Below are positions 36,154 to 46,885 of a stretch of 64,000 nucleotides of DNA, in pieces (position 1 is the stretch's first letter; each line of letters starts with the position of its first letter). The notes under the pieces were generated by a model. That model was not told where the DNA came from. It was given only the letters and a program-made list of their open reading frames with translations, and did not search any database. Where the stretch lies: the NCBI GenBank assembly GCA_963796795.1, contig CAWCNA010000013.1, positions 11,571 to 75,570 of the forward strand. The letters are read 5' to 3'. Made by a program: the position numbers and the translations under genes. The stretch is from Candidatus Adlerbacteria bacterium (GTDB lineage: Bacteria; Patescibacteriota; Minisyncoccia; Phycocordibacterales; SBAW01).

Positions 36154-37125
36154 TTACCGCAATGCGGCGATAAGTGTATCGCGCAGTTCTTTGACCGCCG
36201 CGTCGTCTAAGACTGAGACAACAACTGCTTCCTTCCCCTCTTGTTCAAACTTCTTCTTTATTTCTTCTATATATAGAGAGTCTCGGGTATCCGACTTCGT
36301 CAGCACGAGCAATTCTGGCTTGGCCGACAATACACCATTTTCAAACTGGGCCAGCTCGGCTCGGATAAGTTTATACTCGGCAAGCGGATCTTCCGACTCC
36401 AAGGAGACGCAGTGCACTAATAGATGTGTGCGCGAGATATGGCGCAAAAACTGCGAGCCGAGGCCCTTTCCCGCTGAAGCACCTTCGATAAGCCCAGGGA
36501 TATCGGCAAGTATAAAACCATACAGCGCCCCGAGATTTGGGTCGAGCGTGGTAAACGCGTATGCACCAACTTTGGCAGTTGCCCCCGTGAGCGTATTTAA
36601 GAGGGACGATTTGCCGGCGTTAGGCAAACCTATCAACCCCGCATCCGCAATAAGGCGCAGTTCGATATGCAGCATGGCCGTCTCGCCACGCGCCCCCGGG
36701 GTGCACTCCATGGGGCTCTGGTTCGTGGACGATTTAAATGCAGTGTTCCCGGCCCCGCCGCGGCCACCCTTCAACACCATCATCTCCTGCCCCTCCTGTA
36801 TCAATTCAAATTCCTCGCCCGTGTTTTGATTGCGGACAATGGAGCCGACAGGCAGGTCGAGAAAATAATCTTCTCCCGCCCTGCCGCCCCTGTTTTGATT
36901 TTCTCCATCGTTGCCATCCTCGGCTTGGAATTTTTTCTCGCCTCGGTAGCGCGAGAGCAGGTTAATGTCCCGCACGCCGCGTATGTAAAAATCACCGCCG
37001 TTGCCGCCGTTGCCGCCCGAAGGGCCGGAATATTCCTTGCCCTTCTCGTGCAGCCAGCGCACGACGCCATCGCCGCCCTTGCCAGCACGTGCGGCAACGT
37101 CTAATTCATCAACGAAAGATGCCAT
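36154..37125 (-). CDS. obg: GTPase Obg/CgtA
   Basis: Gly-rich Obg fold 'GGDGVVRWLHEKGKEYSGPSGGNGGNGG'. G motifs 'GLIGLPNAGKSSLL' and 'DIPGLIEGA'. Start at 'MASFVDE'. Confidence 0.9.
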   Translation of the reverse strand: MASFVDELDVAARAGKGGDGVVRWLHEKGKEYSGPSGGNGGNGGDFYIRGVRDINLLSRYRGEKKFQAEDGNDGENQNRGGRAGEDYFLDLPVGSIVRNQNTGEEFELIQEGQEMMVLKGGRGGAGNTAFKSSTNQSPMECTPGARGETAMLHIELRLIADAGLIGLPNAGKSSLLNTLTGATAKVGAYAFTTLDPNLGALYGFILADIPGLIEGASAGKGLGSQFLRHISRTHLLVHCVSLESEDPLAEYKLIRAELAQFENGVLSAKPELLVLTKSDTRDSLYIEEIKKKFEQEGKEAVVVSVLDDAAVKELRDTLIAALR

Positions 37126-37278
37126 ACTAAAAACCCTTAAATAGCCACCACACAATGAGCGCCAGTATCACAAGCGCCACAACCTTAAACAAGGGCTTTA
37201 CAATAAATTTGAGAAGCAGCAACGCTACAACTATAACAATCACAATAGTGAGCCAATTCATAATCGTATCCTAGCAGG

Positions 37279-38039
37279 CTATAAGTGGTTGAGCAATGAG
37301 TTGTACCCGAGGTGTGTAAAGACGTCGCTTGCCCACTGCACAAAAAATCCCATGTATCCAAACATCATATAAAGGCCAAAAATCACCAAGATTCCGCCTG
37401 CGACTTTTGAAAGCAGCGAGACTGCCCCCTGCATGCGCGCAAAAAATTTACCGGCACTCCCTATCAGATAGGCCGTTAGCAAAAACGGAAGCCCGAGCCC
37501 GAGCGAAAACACAAACAATAATAATGCGCCCTGCACTGCTGTAGCAGAAGTTGATGCAAATAAAAGTACCGTGCCCAGAATGGGGCCAATGCAGGGTGTC
37601 CACCCGAGGGCGAACAACATGCCGATGAGGAATGAACTTTCAGGCCGGCCTATAACGATAAAGTGAGGGGCGCGGATGCGCTTTTTCAGAAAAGCAGCAC
37701 GGGGATCTTTATCCATCCAAGCATCGTCAGGCCAAATAAAATAATGATGAGACCCGCCGCTCGGCTTATAAACGGCCTCCATGGCCCGAGCAGGCCGCCG
37801 ATACTCGCCGCAAACAACCCGAGTGCAATAAATACGAAGGAGAAACCGATGACAAAACACAGCGCGTTTTTCATCACACGCCGCTTGGCTTCACGCGCAC
37901 CTGTTTTAGCAACTTGCGCTTCAGGCACGCCGGCAATAAACGCCAAATACCCAGGTACTATTGGCAAAGTGCAAGGGGCAAGAAACATCAACACTCCAGC
38001 AAGAAATGCGGCAGGTATGAGGGAAAGCGCGTCAGGCAT
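37279..38039 (-). CDS. ccdA: Cytochrome c-type biogenesis / thiol-disulfide transporter CcdA (DsbD family), apparent frameshift
   Basis: ORF 37686..38039 carries TM1 'FLAPCTLPIVPGYL'. ORF 37279..37860 carries the second Cys motif 'GWTPCIGPILG'. The two ORFs overlap in different frames. Confidence 0.6.
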
Positions 38040-38455
38040 TACTCTTCTATTGTATCGCGAACAGATACAAAAAACTCCTTGTCTTTTTCGTGGGTAAGTA
38101 GTTCGGCTGCTTCATCGAGGCTAACGTAACGGGCTTCTGTGACTTCATCATCTTTCGGGTGGAGTGCATGCTGCATCGTTGTAAATAAAAATAGCGTGCG
38201 TTTCTTCATTCCCCATTCCGGATACTCCCCTGTGCCATCTTTACCAATAGAATATCGCTCATACGAGCCGAGTTCTTTCACCAATTGCAGCTGGGTGATG
38301 CCAGTTTCTTCTTCAATTTCGCGAATAGCTGCTTGCAGCAGCGTCTCCCCTTCTTCCACACCACCCTTGGGGAACGACCACGAGTTCCCGTGCTGGCACA
38401 CGAGGACAATCCGGCCGTCGGGACCTTTGATTATTCCTCCTGCAGATTCTTTCAT
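38039..38455 (-). CDS. NUDIX hydrolase
   Basis: Nudix box 'GGVEEGETLLQAAIREIEEETG'. Confidence 0.8.
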   Translation of the reverse strand: MKESAGGIIKGPDGRIVLVCQHGNSWSFPKGGVEEGETLLQAAIREIEEETGITQLQLVKELGSYERYSIGKDGTGEYPEWGMKKRTLFLFTTMQHALHPKDDEVTEARYVSLDEAAELLTHEKDKEFFVSVRDTIEE

Positions 38456-38836
38456 TTATTTTTTAGCGCCAAAAACTGAAACGTACAGAAGTGCCGCTGC
38501 GAGGCCGAGGTGGCTCACAAAAAGTCCGAAGTCCAGCTGGGTTGACCAATTGTGATAGAAAAGCACCGCGAGCAACAGTACATAGAGAACGAGCAGAAGT
38601 GCGACCGGGCGAATCTTCCATCCTGTAAGAAGCGCAATAACACCAACTACTTCCAAGATAAGTGCGAGCCCGACCGCAACCCTTGCAAACGGCACGCCGA
38701 CGCCTGCCGTCATTGCCGCCTCGCCCGAAAACCCAACAATCTTGAAGAATGCCGCGATACCAAACTGAATCGCTAAAAATAACCGGGCAACCATAATTGC
38801 GCCTTTTTCATATCCGCGACTATGCATAAATTGCAT
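38456..38836 (-). CDS. DoxX-family membrane protein
   Basis: 126 aa with 4 TM helices and a DoxX-like pattern. The assignment is moderate. Confidence 0.6.
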   Translation of the reverse strand: MQFMHSRGYEKGAIMVARLFLAIQFGIAAFFKIVGFSGEAAMTAGVGVPFARVAVGLALILEVVGVIALLTGWKIRPVALLLVLYVLLLAVLFYHNWSTQLDFGLFVSHLGLAAALLYVSVFGAKK

Positions 38837-38918
38837 GATGTTCTAAAAAATACTAATTAATACACCTAGAGTATATCAAAGAAAAAACGCGGCCTTTCGG
38901 TCGCGCTCTTGGAGAAAT

Positions 38919-39818
38919 CTACGCTTGCTTGCGATGCACTTGCGCCGCCAATGTCTTGGTACGTGCTGGGAGCTCTTCGAGCCTCTTCTTCTGTTCTTCG
39001 CTGAACAGATGCGCCGACGGAGAGTCGAGCAAGTCCTTCACATATCCACTTGTGGTACGAATGGCATAACGGTACGCGGGCTCAAGAAGCAACTTTCGCT
39101 CCTCAAGCGCCAGAACGGGGTATTGTTTTGGCCGGTCAATGTAATACTCCCCCTTCTTACCCTCCCAGGCAACAAAGTCGTGCGCCTGGTGCCAATTGTT
39201 GGCGAGAATGCCGATAAAAAGCGTGCGCTCCTCATCCGTATACTTCCCACCTTCGGGAAGATAGCGCTCCGGCTTAAGCATTGGCCAATACGCTTCGTTC
39301 AAATACCCAAAGACACGCAAACGCTGTTCTAAATTCAGCTGAAGTTCGCCCTTCTTATTAAGTGTAAGGATGGTTTTTGCCCTGTCACTCAGTCGGGCTT
39401 TGGAATCGAGAGCTCCGGCGAGTAGGAGATGAAACTCCTTCTCGTTCAACGCGAGCTCTTTTGTGCGCCCAAGCGCCCGATACGCCCATGCATCATTAGC
39501 GATGATGCGCGCAAGCGCCTTTTCGCGGATCTCGGCGCTCGTATCGTGCTTAAGCACTTCTTCGACACGGCTGAAGTACTTTTCGTCGAGCAAACGCGCA
39601 GCGAGCCGTGACACCAAGTCAACATGGCGTTCGAGCCCTTCGTAGTATCTACCGCGCAACGCGAGGTAGATATATTCGACGTTTTCAGCACCCACTAAAT
39701 ATTCGAGGATGCTGCGCTTGGACATGCTGTTGAGCCCGCGCACGGACGACAAGATATCGTACGTGACCTTCTCGTTGTGGGGCCGGACAAGTGGCAGAAT
39801 GCGTGTGACGTCAACCAT
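38919..39818 (-). CDS. Hypothetical protein, 299 aa, helical
   Basis: Clean ORF with no recognisable motif. Confidence 0.4.
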   Translation of the reverse strand: MVDVTRILPLVRPHNEKVTYDILSSVRGLNSMSKRSILEYLVGAENVEYIYLALRGRYYEGLERHVDLVSRLAARLLDEKYFSRVEEVLKHDTSAEIREKALARIIANDAWAYRALGRTKELALNEKEFHLLLAGALDSKARLSDRAKTILTLNKKGELQLNLEQRLRVFGYLNEAYWPMLKPERYLPEGGKYTDEERTLFIGILANNWHQAHDFVAWEGKKGEYYIDRPKQYPVLALEERKLLLEPAYRYAIRTTSGYVKDLLDSPSAHLFSEEQKKRLEELPARTKTLAAQVHRKQA

Positions 39819-39910
39819 TACTTCTCTCCTCTTGTTGTGATTGTTCAGCTTGAAATGTACGCAGCTAAAAAATACTCTACATTATTTTTACAAAATAGCA
39901 AGTTTTTCAA

Positions 39911-42426
39911 TTACTCCTTAACAATACTCCACCCCTGTTTCAAAAGCGGCTCGGCTTTTTTGAATTTCATCTCACGGGTTTCCGTGCCGTTGGTGATTTT
40001 CACTTTATCGTTACGACCAACGTCGGCAAAAGCCGAAGCAGAACCGGCCTCGCCTTGCGCATGCATGCCGAGCGCGTTCTGCGCAGGCACTACACTAACT
40101 GTTGGCTGCACTGCATTTTTTGTGAGATTATCCAAAATTTCAAACACGCGTGCCGCAAACATAAATTCCATGTCTTTGTAGATACGGGTACCCTCTTTAC
40201 GATATTCCGTAAGTGGGTCGCGCTGGCCATAGGCGCGCAAGTTAACACTGCCGCGGAGGTACTCCATCGACTCCAGATGTTCAACCCAGAGCATGTCCAA
40301 AGTTTGCAGCATGAGCGTACGTGCGGCACCGAGGAATTCTTCGCGGCCAAACTCAGCTTCTTTTTTACTAATAACTTGAAGTGCCTCTGCACTCTCTCCT
40401 GCCAGCTCTTTAAGTACCTGCTCAACCTCGTCGAATGAACCGGTTAGCGCTTTATAACGGGTGCCATAAATAGCCTTGCGCTGCCTGTCGAGCACGTTGT
40501 CGAATTCGAGCACGTGCTTGCGGGCAGTCGAAGTTAAATCCTTCTATTTTTGTCTGCGCACTCTCAAGCGCGCGCGTACACCATGCCGTTTTCTATCGGC
40601 TCGTCTTCGGGGATGCCAAAACGCCCCATCAAATTTTTTATAGTGTCGGGTGCAAACACGCGCATTAAGGTTGTCCTCGAGCGACACAAAAAACTGCGTC
40701 TCCCCTGGGTCGCCTTGGCGGCCCGAGCGGCCGCGCAACTGGTTGTCGATGCGGCGCGCTTCGTGGCGCTCGGTGCCAAGCACAAACAACCGCCCATATG
40801 CTTTTATTTCCTCCTGCTCTTCATTTGTGGCAAGCGCGCCGCCAAGCTTGATGTCGACGCCGCGGCCCGCCATGTTGGTGGCAACGGTTACCTTTGCCTT
40901 TTTTGCCCGCAGCTGCGACAATTTCGCCCTCGCGTTCGTGGTTTTTGGCATTCAAAATTTCGTGCGGCACGCCTTCGCGTTTTAGATATGCAGAAAGCAG
41001 TTCGTTCTTTTCAATCGAGACAGTACCGACAAGTACCGGCTGGCCTTTTTGGTGCAGCTCTTTAACTTTGCGTGCAAGTGCGGCAAACTTGCCCTTCTTC
41101 CGTTTGGAAGATAAGGTCGTTGTCGTCGTTGCGGACAACAGTGCGGTTGGTAGGAATCTCCACCACTTCAAGCCCATACACTTTATAAAACTCCTCGGCC
41201 GAGGTTTTGGCCGTGCCCGTCATGCCTGCAAGCTTGTCGTAGAGGCGAAAATAATTTTGGTAGGTAATCGACGCAAATGTGCGGCTTCTTTTTGCACCGT
41301 GACACCCTCTTTTGCCTCAATAGCCTGATGCAGGCCCTCGCTCCAGCGGCGCCCCGGCTGCATACGGCCGGTAAACTCGTCGACAATAATAACCTCGCTC
41401 CTCTTTAACCACATACTCCTTATCTTTGCTGAACAAGCGCTTTGGCGCGCACGGCAGTCTCCAAGTGGTGCACATACTTGATGCCCTTTTCGGTATAAAT
41501 ATTCTCAATGCCGAGCAGTTTTTCGGCATGCTCGATGCCTGCGTCGGTCAAGCTGTATGGCTTTTTGCTTTTCGTCCACCGTATAATCCGTCTTCCTGAG
41601 TTAGCTTTGCTGCAATGCTCGGCAAAGGTGCGGTACAGATCTTCGGACTCGGCGGCAGGCGCCGAGATAATAAGCGGCGTGCGCGCCTCGTCTATTAATA
41701 TAGAGTCAATTTCGTCGACAATGGCGTAGGAGTGGCCGCGTTGGCGCAGCTCATCGCGCTTGTAGGAAATATTGTCGCGCAAATAGTCGAAGCCAAACTC
41801 AGAGTTGGTGCCGTAGGTAATGTCGGCTTCGTAGGCCTCGCGGACGCGTACAAGGCCGCAAGAAATCGTAGAAAACTCTAAAGCTGCCCTCTTCGTCGCG
41901 CATGGCGTCCTCTTCTTTATGGCCGGCGTCGTATAGGTACGAAGCATCAGTGTTAATGATACCGACCGACATGCCGAGTGCTGCATATACCTGCCCCATC
42001 CACGCGGCGTCGCGGCGCGCCAAGTAATCGTTAACAGTAATCACATGCACGCCTTTGCCCATGAGCGCATTGAGGTATGCGGGCAATGTTGCTACCAAGG
42101 TTTTACCTTCGCCGGTTTTCATCTCGGCAATGCCGCGGTTGTTAAGCACGATGCCGCCGATGAGTTGCACATCAAAGGGACGCAAGCTTGAGTGTGCGCT
42201 GCGCGCTTTCGCGCACGGCCGCAAATGCTTCGGGCAACAGTGAGTCGACAGTGGCGCCGCCCTCCAATCGCAGGCGAAATTCTTCTGTTTTTGCACGAAG
42301 CGCATCGTCCGAAAGTGCCTGATATTCAGGCTCGAGGCTGTTTATAGTCGCAATAACTTTAGCGTTATCTGCCATCACCCGGGTGCCCGTACTCCCAAAG
42401 AGGTTTTTTAGCGAAAACATGTCCAC
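39911..42426 (-). CDS. secA: Preprotein translocase ATPase SecA, interrupted by at least 5 apparent frameshifts
   Basis: Colinear SecA pieces in ORFs 42172..42426 (N-terminus 'KNLFGS'), 41799..42305 ('[20 protein letters not shown]'), 41420..41986, 41220..41414 ('IIVDEFTGR'), 40821..41177, 40544..40951 ('[14 protein letters not shown]', '[25 protein letters not shown]'), 40564..40797 and 39911..40513 (C-terminal wing). SecA is essential, so these are indel artefacts. Confidence 0.8.
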
Positions 42427-42506
42427 AGACTACCATAAATCACCTGTTTTTACCCGAAAAATGACCCTACAATGCTCGCGCCACGGAGGTGACGGAAAAG
42501 AAAAAT

Positions 42507-42538
42507 CCCCACCGAGGTGGAGATTTTTCTTTCGAGAG
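42507..42538. terminator. Bidirectional rho-independent-type terminator hairpin between murB and secA
   Basis: GAAAAATCCCCACC-ga-GGTGGAGATTTTTC: an ~11-bp stem flanked by A-run and T-run, so it reads as stem plus U-tract in both orientations. Confidence 0.45.
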
Positions 42539-42806
42539 GATGGTAATTCAAACGCGAGTCTAAATCACCGACGCAATTATTTGCGCTTCTTCTTTGCTGC
42601 TTTCTTTTTCTTTGCTGCCATATAATTTTGGCGACTTGCGTCGCAAATTGTCTGGACATCGACCGACCTTGTTCAAAGTTTGTCCGCGGACAACGCAATG
42701 AGCAATCTCGATGCTCTACATGTAAGTATCCGGTAAATAAAATATAGTTACAATGAATTTTAATTTCAGTATGTGGATAACTTTTTATTTTAAAAAGAAA
42801 AATAAT

Positions 42807-43805
42807 TTAAATTATTTTTACTTCGGGCTCTATTTTTATTTGTAGTTGGTCAAAAACTTTTTTTTGTACAAGTGATGCAAGCTCTTTTACATCGGTTGCA
42901 GATGCGTTTCTGCTTGCAACAATAACGAGTATTTGTTTTTCAAATACGCGGGCGCCGCCTACACGGGTGCCGTGCAACGACAATGCCTTATCCATAAGCC
43001 AGGCAATGGGTATCTTAACTTGGGATGTTTCCGGCGTCGGAAAGAATGGCATTTCTGGATATTTTAGAGAAAGCGCCTCTGCCTCCGTCTTGGAAAGAAG
43101 TGGGTTTTTAAAGAACGAACCAGCCGTTCCCTCTACCGAAATATCAGGAAATTTGCCTTTTCTAATTTCCAAAACCGCGGCGCGAATAGCTGCTAGATCT
43201 TCTGAAGAGTCTGCGAACCGCGCAGAGAGATCTTTATACGAGAGTTTCGGATTTGGCGTATGGGATAGTTTAAGTGTGGCGCGAAGAACGATATATCTCC
43301 CCTCTTCTGTTTTAAAGATACTTCCACGATACCCGAAATTGCACATCTCTTTGCTGAGCGTTCGTATCTCTTGTTCGTGAGTATCGAATACTTCTACGGA
43401 TCCTAATACTTCCGAAAGTGCCGCGCCGTATGCGCCGATGTTCTGCACAACCGCACCTCCAACCGTGCCCGGGATTCCTGAAAGATTTTCTATGCCCCAC
43501 AGATTCTTCTCCACGGCATACGCAACAAGCTCATCCCAGTTCTCGCCCGCTCCAGCGGTGATCATATTTCCCTCTTGCTCAACCCCGCTTACTTCAATTT
43601 TTATAACTACTCCGGCAAATCCCTCATCTCCAACTAATACATTAGAACCACCGCCAAGGATAAATACGGGCAGGCTTTTCTCTTTCGCAAAAGAAATTGC
43701 CTCACTGATATCATCAATATTTTTTACCGTCACGAAAAATCGCGCCTTCCCTCCTAACCGAAACGTGGTGTAGGGGGCGAGCGCGATATTTTCCTGCATC
43801 TGCAT
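42807..43805 (-). CDS. murB: UDP-N-acetylenolpyruvoylglucosamine reductase
   Basis: 332-aa ORF: FAD-binding 'TTFRLGG...LPVFILGGGSNVL', 'GIENLSGIPGTVGGA'. Confidence 0.9.
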   Translation of the reverse strand: MQMQENIALAPYTTFRLGGKARFFVTVKNIDDISEAISFAKEKSLPVFILGGGSNVLVGDEGFAGVVIKIEVSGVEQEGNMITAGAGENWDELVAYAVEKNLWGIENLSGIPGTVGGAVVQNIGAYGAALSEVLGSVEVFDTHEQEIRTLSKEMCNFGYRGSIFKTEEGRYIVLRATLKLSHTPNPKLSYKDLSARFADSSEDLAAIRAAVLEIRKGKFPDISVEGTAGSFFKNPLLSKTEAEALSLKYPEMPFFPTPETSQVKIPIAWLMDKALSLHGTRVGGARVFEKQILVIVASRNASATDVKELASLVQKKVFDQLQIKIEPEVKII

Positions 43806-43809
43806 GTAA

Positions 43810-46122
43810 CTACTGCGAGGTCGTCAATGTGCCGTTTTTGATTTGAGTTATCACCGTTTGGATTTGTGTCGCAAGCGCCGGGTCAAGCTGGGCCGCGCGG
43901 TTGAGCGCCACGATAGCATCTGCTTTGTCACCCGCAGTGTAGTAGGCGGCTGCCAACCCCAATTCATCCTGCGTGTTTTCCGGGTCGTTCTTTACACGCA
44001 ACTGCCAGATCTGCACAACGCGGTCGTACTGCTTTGTATTGACATACACCTGCAGCAAACGCGAGTCATCAACAATAGTTGAACCGAAACCTTGTATGAG
44101 AAGCGCGTCCGCGTCAGTTTTGTCGCCGCTGTAGAAGAGTGCTGACGCGTAGAGTATACGCGCATCGGTATAGTCAGGGGCTTCGTCAAACGCAGTTTTC
44201 AACACCGGCAATGCATCTTTTGTATCGTTTGCGTTCAAGTACACAACTCCTATCTCGAACATAATTTGCTGCTTCTTGGGCGAATCAGCAAGCGCTTCGG
44301 AAAGCACTTGCAGCGCCTGCGGATATTGGCTAAAGCTATCGAGGAATGCGCCGTCAAAGAGTTCTATGCGTGCATCATGCTGGCGTTGTGCGAGCAGCGC
44401 GGCTGCAGCATTTTGTGCAGCGTTGGCAGTATCCTGCTTTACCGACGGGTCAATTGATGTAGACGCTGCGAGGCCGGACGCATACTGGAGTAGCTGCTCC
44501 GTCACTTCCTGGCGACCCATCGGCGTACCCGGCCATATACCCTCCCCCAGCGCCGTCTCGAAATTCTGCAGCAGCACTTTCGGATCTTTTGGTTGCCCGG
44601 TTATATTTCCACTTGCATCTTTGACGGCTACTTGTGTTGTCAATGCAGCAATAATATTTTGTGCGCGGACAATGCCAGGCATATTTGCTGTCCATACAAC
44701 AAGCAATGTAACAACAACCACAATAGGTGCTGCAACTGCAAGCCCTTTTTCTCCCATTGGACGCGAGAGGAACATCCATCGCGGCGGCATCTTTTTCGAC
44801 AACGAGTGTGCGAATGCCAGTACAAGGAAAAAGTAGACCGAACTCATCAGGTCGTCGAACACGAACAGGTTATTAAAGGCATACGCAGCAAGAAGGCCAA
44901 GTAACACTGCCTGTTCAGGTACCTCAAGGTCCGAGCGGAAGATGTACCACACCGCAAGTACAAAGAAGGATACATAGAGAAGGAATGCGGGCAGGCCGCC
45001 ATCTACAAGCCAATCGAGAAACTGGTCGTGTGCGCGGTCAAACCACTGTTCCTGGCTGTACATCTGCGGCACGTAATATTTATTGAAGACGAAGTTAAAG
45101 TTTTCCTGACCCCAACCTGCAATAATAGTCTTCGGCGATTGTACAAAGCCCTGGAGCGCCATGTGCCAGATCTGGAAACGCGCCGCCGTTGTCGGGTCGG
45201 TGAGCGAGATAGATGCAATGCGGCCCAAAGTTGAAGAGTGCTGCACAAACGGTGTCGAGCGCAGCGCGAAGAACGCAACAACAAGAACGACAATTGCACC
45301 AAGGCCCCAGAGGGAAACACGGCGCAGCGTGCGCCACTCGTGTCCCGCGCCTTTCCATCCAACATATATCGCGGCAATCACGAGGCCGCCGATTACGCCA
45401 AGTACAGCACCTCGCGTCTCGGTGTAATAGAGCACTATCACTTGCAGCACGAGCGCAATGCCGTAGAGCACTTGCGCCACAGTGGACTTACGCTGACGCA
45501 CGAGCATAAACAACGTAATGAAGAGGTTGAAGAGCATAAACACCGCCAAGTAGGTGGCATTACCGAACGTGCCGTCCAAACGCGCACCGCTCTGGCTGCT
45601 GATCGGGATCTTGTGTGCCAGCTGCAATAGGCCGTAAAAAGCCATCACTACTGAGGCCACAATAGAGCACTGGAACAACTTCTTCCACCATTCTTCCGCA
45701 GCAACAACTGCACCCACCATCAAGAAATATGCAAAGAGGTGGAGCAAGGCGATGTACCCTTCCATGCGCTCGAAGTTGCTCCAGAAGCTTTTTGTTGGGT
45801 CAACGCTCACAATTGTGGCAACAGCAATCCATGCAACAAAAATCCCAACTGCCCACATGATGAGTGATGCACGCGGGCGGTACTTTGGCTCGCGGAGCGC
45901 CAAGAGTACGTACACACCAACGAGCACTTCTATCAAAATACGGAAGACAAAGTTCTTACCGGTGATAAACGGGAAGAACATCGCAAAGAATGGAATGTAG
46001 AGATTCCCCATTCCCGATGCCTGTTGATACCCCACCCCGCCGTCGGCGATAATAAACGGAATAATAAACACAGCGGCCAGGCCGACAAGCAGCGTCCACC
46101 GCAGAAATTTTGTATACGACAT
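43810..46122 (-). CDS. O-antigen ligase (Wzy_C)-like polytopic membrane protein with C-terminal TPR-like repeats
   Basis: 770 aa. About 10 TM helices in the first ~430 aa, then a periplasmic TPR-like helical repeat region. Confidence 0.65.
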   Translation of the reverse strand: MSYTKFLRWTLLVGLAAVFIIPFIIADGGVGYQQASGMGNLYIPFFAMFFPFITGKNFVFRILIEVLVGVYVLLALREPKYRPRASLIMWAVGIFVAWIAVATIVSVDPTKSFWSNFERMEGYIALLHLFAYFLMVGAVVAAEEWWKKLFQCSIVASVVMAFYGLLQLAHKIPISSQSGARLDGTFGNATYLAVFMLFNLFITLFMLVRQRKSTVAQVLYGIALVLQVIVLYYTETRGAVLGVIGGLVIAAIYVGWKGAGHEWRTLRRVSLWGLGAIVVLVVAFFALRSTPFVQHSSTLGRIASISLTDPTTAARFQIWHMALQGFVQSPKTIIAGWGQENFNFVFNKYYVPQMYSQEQWFDRAHDQFLDWLVDGGLPAFLLYVSFFVLAVWYIFRSDLEVPEQAVLLGLLAAYAFNNLFVFDDLMSSVYFFLVLAFAHSLSKKMPPRWMFLSRPMGEKGLAVAAPIVVVVTLLVVWTANMPGIVRAQNIIAALTTQVAVKDASGNITGQPKDPKVLLQNFETALGEGIWPGTPMGRQEVTEQLLQYASGLAASTSIDPSVKQDTANAAQNAAAALLAQRQHDARIELFDGAFLDSFSQYPQALQVLSEALADSPKKQQIMFEIGVVYLNANDTKDALPVLKTAFDEAPDYTDARILYASALFYSGDKTDADALLIQGFGSTIVDDSRLLQVYVNTKQYDRVVQIWQLRVKNDPENTQDELGLAAAYYTAGDKADAIVALNRAAQLDPALATQIQTVITQIKNGTLTTSQ

Positions 46123-46183
46123 ATAGGGAGCATTGTAGCAGAAGTGCCTTTTTGCACCAAAGAACAGGTATACTCCTCTATAT

Positions 46184-46840
46184 ATGAAAACCGTCCTTAT
46201 AACCGGAACGAGTAGAGGTATAGGTAAAGCCCTTGCACATACATTTCTGGAAAAAGGCTATTTTGTCATTGGAACTTCCAGAGAAGAAAAAGCGCTACAC
46301 GAACACCCCAATTTTCTCCTTCTGCAGCTTGATTTGTTTGATCCAAAAAGTATTGAGCGATGTGTTTCTGACATAGAACGGAGCGGGAAAAAGCTTGAAA
46401 TACTGGTTAATAACGCAGCCGTTGGTTCAAACGAACAGGACGACTCGGTCATGCACCCCGACGCCCTACGCAGAACGCTTGAAGTGAACGTTATTGGAAC
46501 GGCAGATTTTACCGAGCAAATTCTTCCCTTTATAGAAGAAGGTGGTCATATCGTAAATGTTTCTTCTCGCGGAGGCTCATTAGGAAATCTTCATAACACA
46601 AATCATGCGGAATATAGAATTTCCAAAGCCGCACTCAACATGATTACAAGATTGTTGGCCGTGCGCCTCGCGGGGAAAATTACCGTCTCATCAATACATC
46701 CAGGTTGGGTCCGAACTGACATGGGAGGAAACGATGCGGATCTATTACCCGAAGATGCAGCGGAATCTTTGTTCACGTTTGCAACATCCCACGTCGAATC
46801 AGGGCAGTTCTGGTATAACGGAGAAAAAATTCCTTGGTAA
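46184..46840 (+). CDS. Short-chain dehydrogenase/reductase (SDR)
   Basis: 'ITGTSRGIGKA' Rossmann motif, 'NNAA', and catalytic 'YRISKAAL'. Confidence 0.8.
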   Translation: MKTVLITGTSRGIGKALAHTFLEKGYFVIGTSREEKALHEHPNFLLLQLDLFDPKSIERCVSDIERSGKKLEILVNNAAVGSNEQDDSVMHPDALRRTLEVNVIGTADFTEQILPFIEEGGHIVNVSSRGGSLGNLHNTNHAEYRISKAALNMITRLLAVRLAGKITVSSIHPGWVRTDMGGNDADLLPEDAAESLFTFATSHVESGQFWYNGEKIPW

Positions 46841-46845
46841 AAGAA

Positions 46846-46880
46846 AAGCCGTCCACACTCCAGTTGGAGAGGGACGGCTT
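46846..46880 (-). terminator. Rho-independent terminator for the minus-strand ORFs at 46886..47453
   Basis: AAGCCGTCC-(17 nt loop)-GGACGGCTT gives a 9-10 bp stem. On the minus strand the stem is followed by TTTTCTTTT. Confidence 0.5.
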
Positions 46881-46885
46881 CAAGT

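Noticed and set aside
36667-37104. 145-aa plus-strand ORF and other long ORFs antisense to obg, gatB, secA and the glycan genes
   Set aside because: They lie entirely within well-supported genes on the opposite strand and have no motifs.
42583-42627. Tiny Lys-rich ORF 'MAAKKKKAAKKKRK' on the minus strand between murB and secA, preceded by a GCGAC-gcaa-GTCGC hairpin
   Set aside because: It is too short and low-complexity to call. It matches no ribosomal small protein I can recognise (not bL34 or bL36). It could be a leader peptide, but the evidence is insufficient.
42430-42806. Looked for tRNA or other structured RNA in the 380-bp murB-secA spacer
   Set aside because: No GTTCRANYC T-loop with a matching acceptor stem was found. 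Only the terminator-like hairpin at 42507..42538 is convincing.
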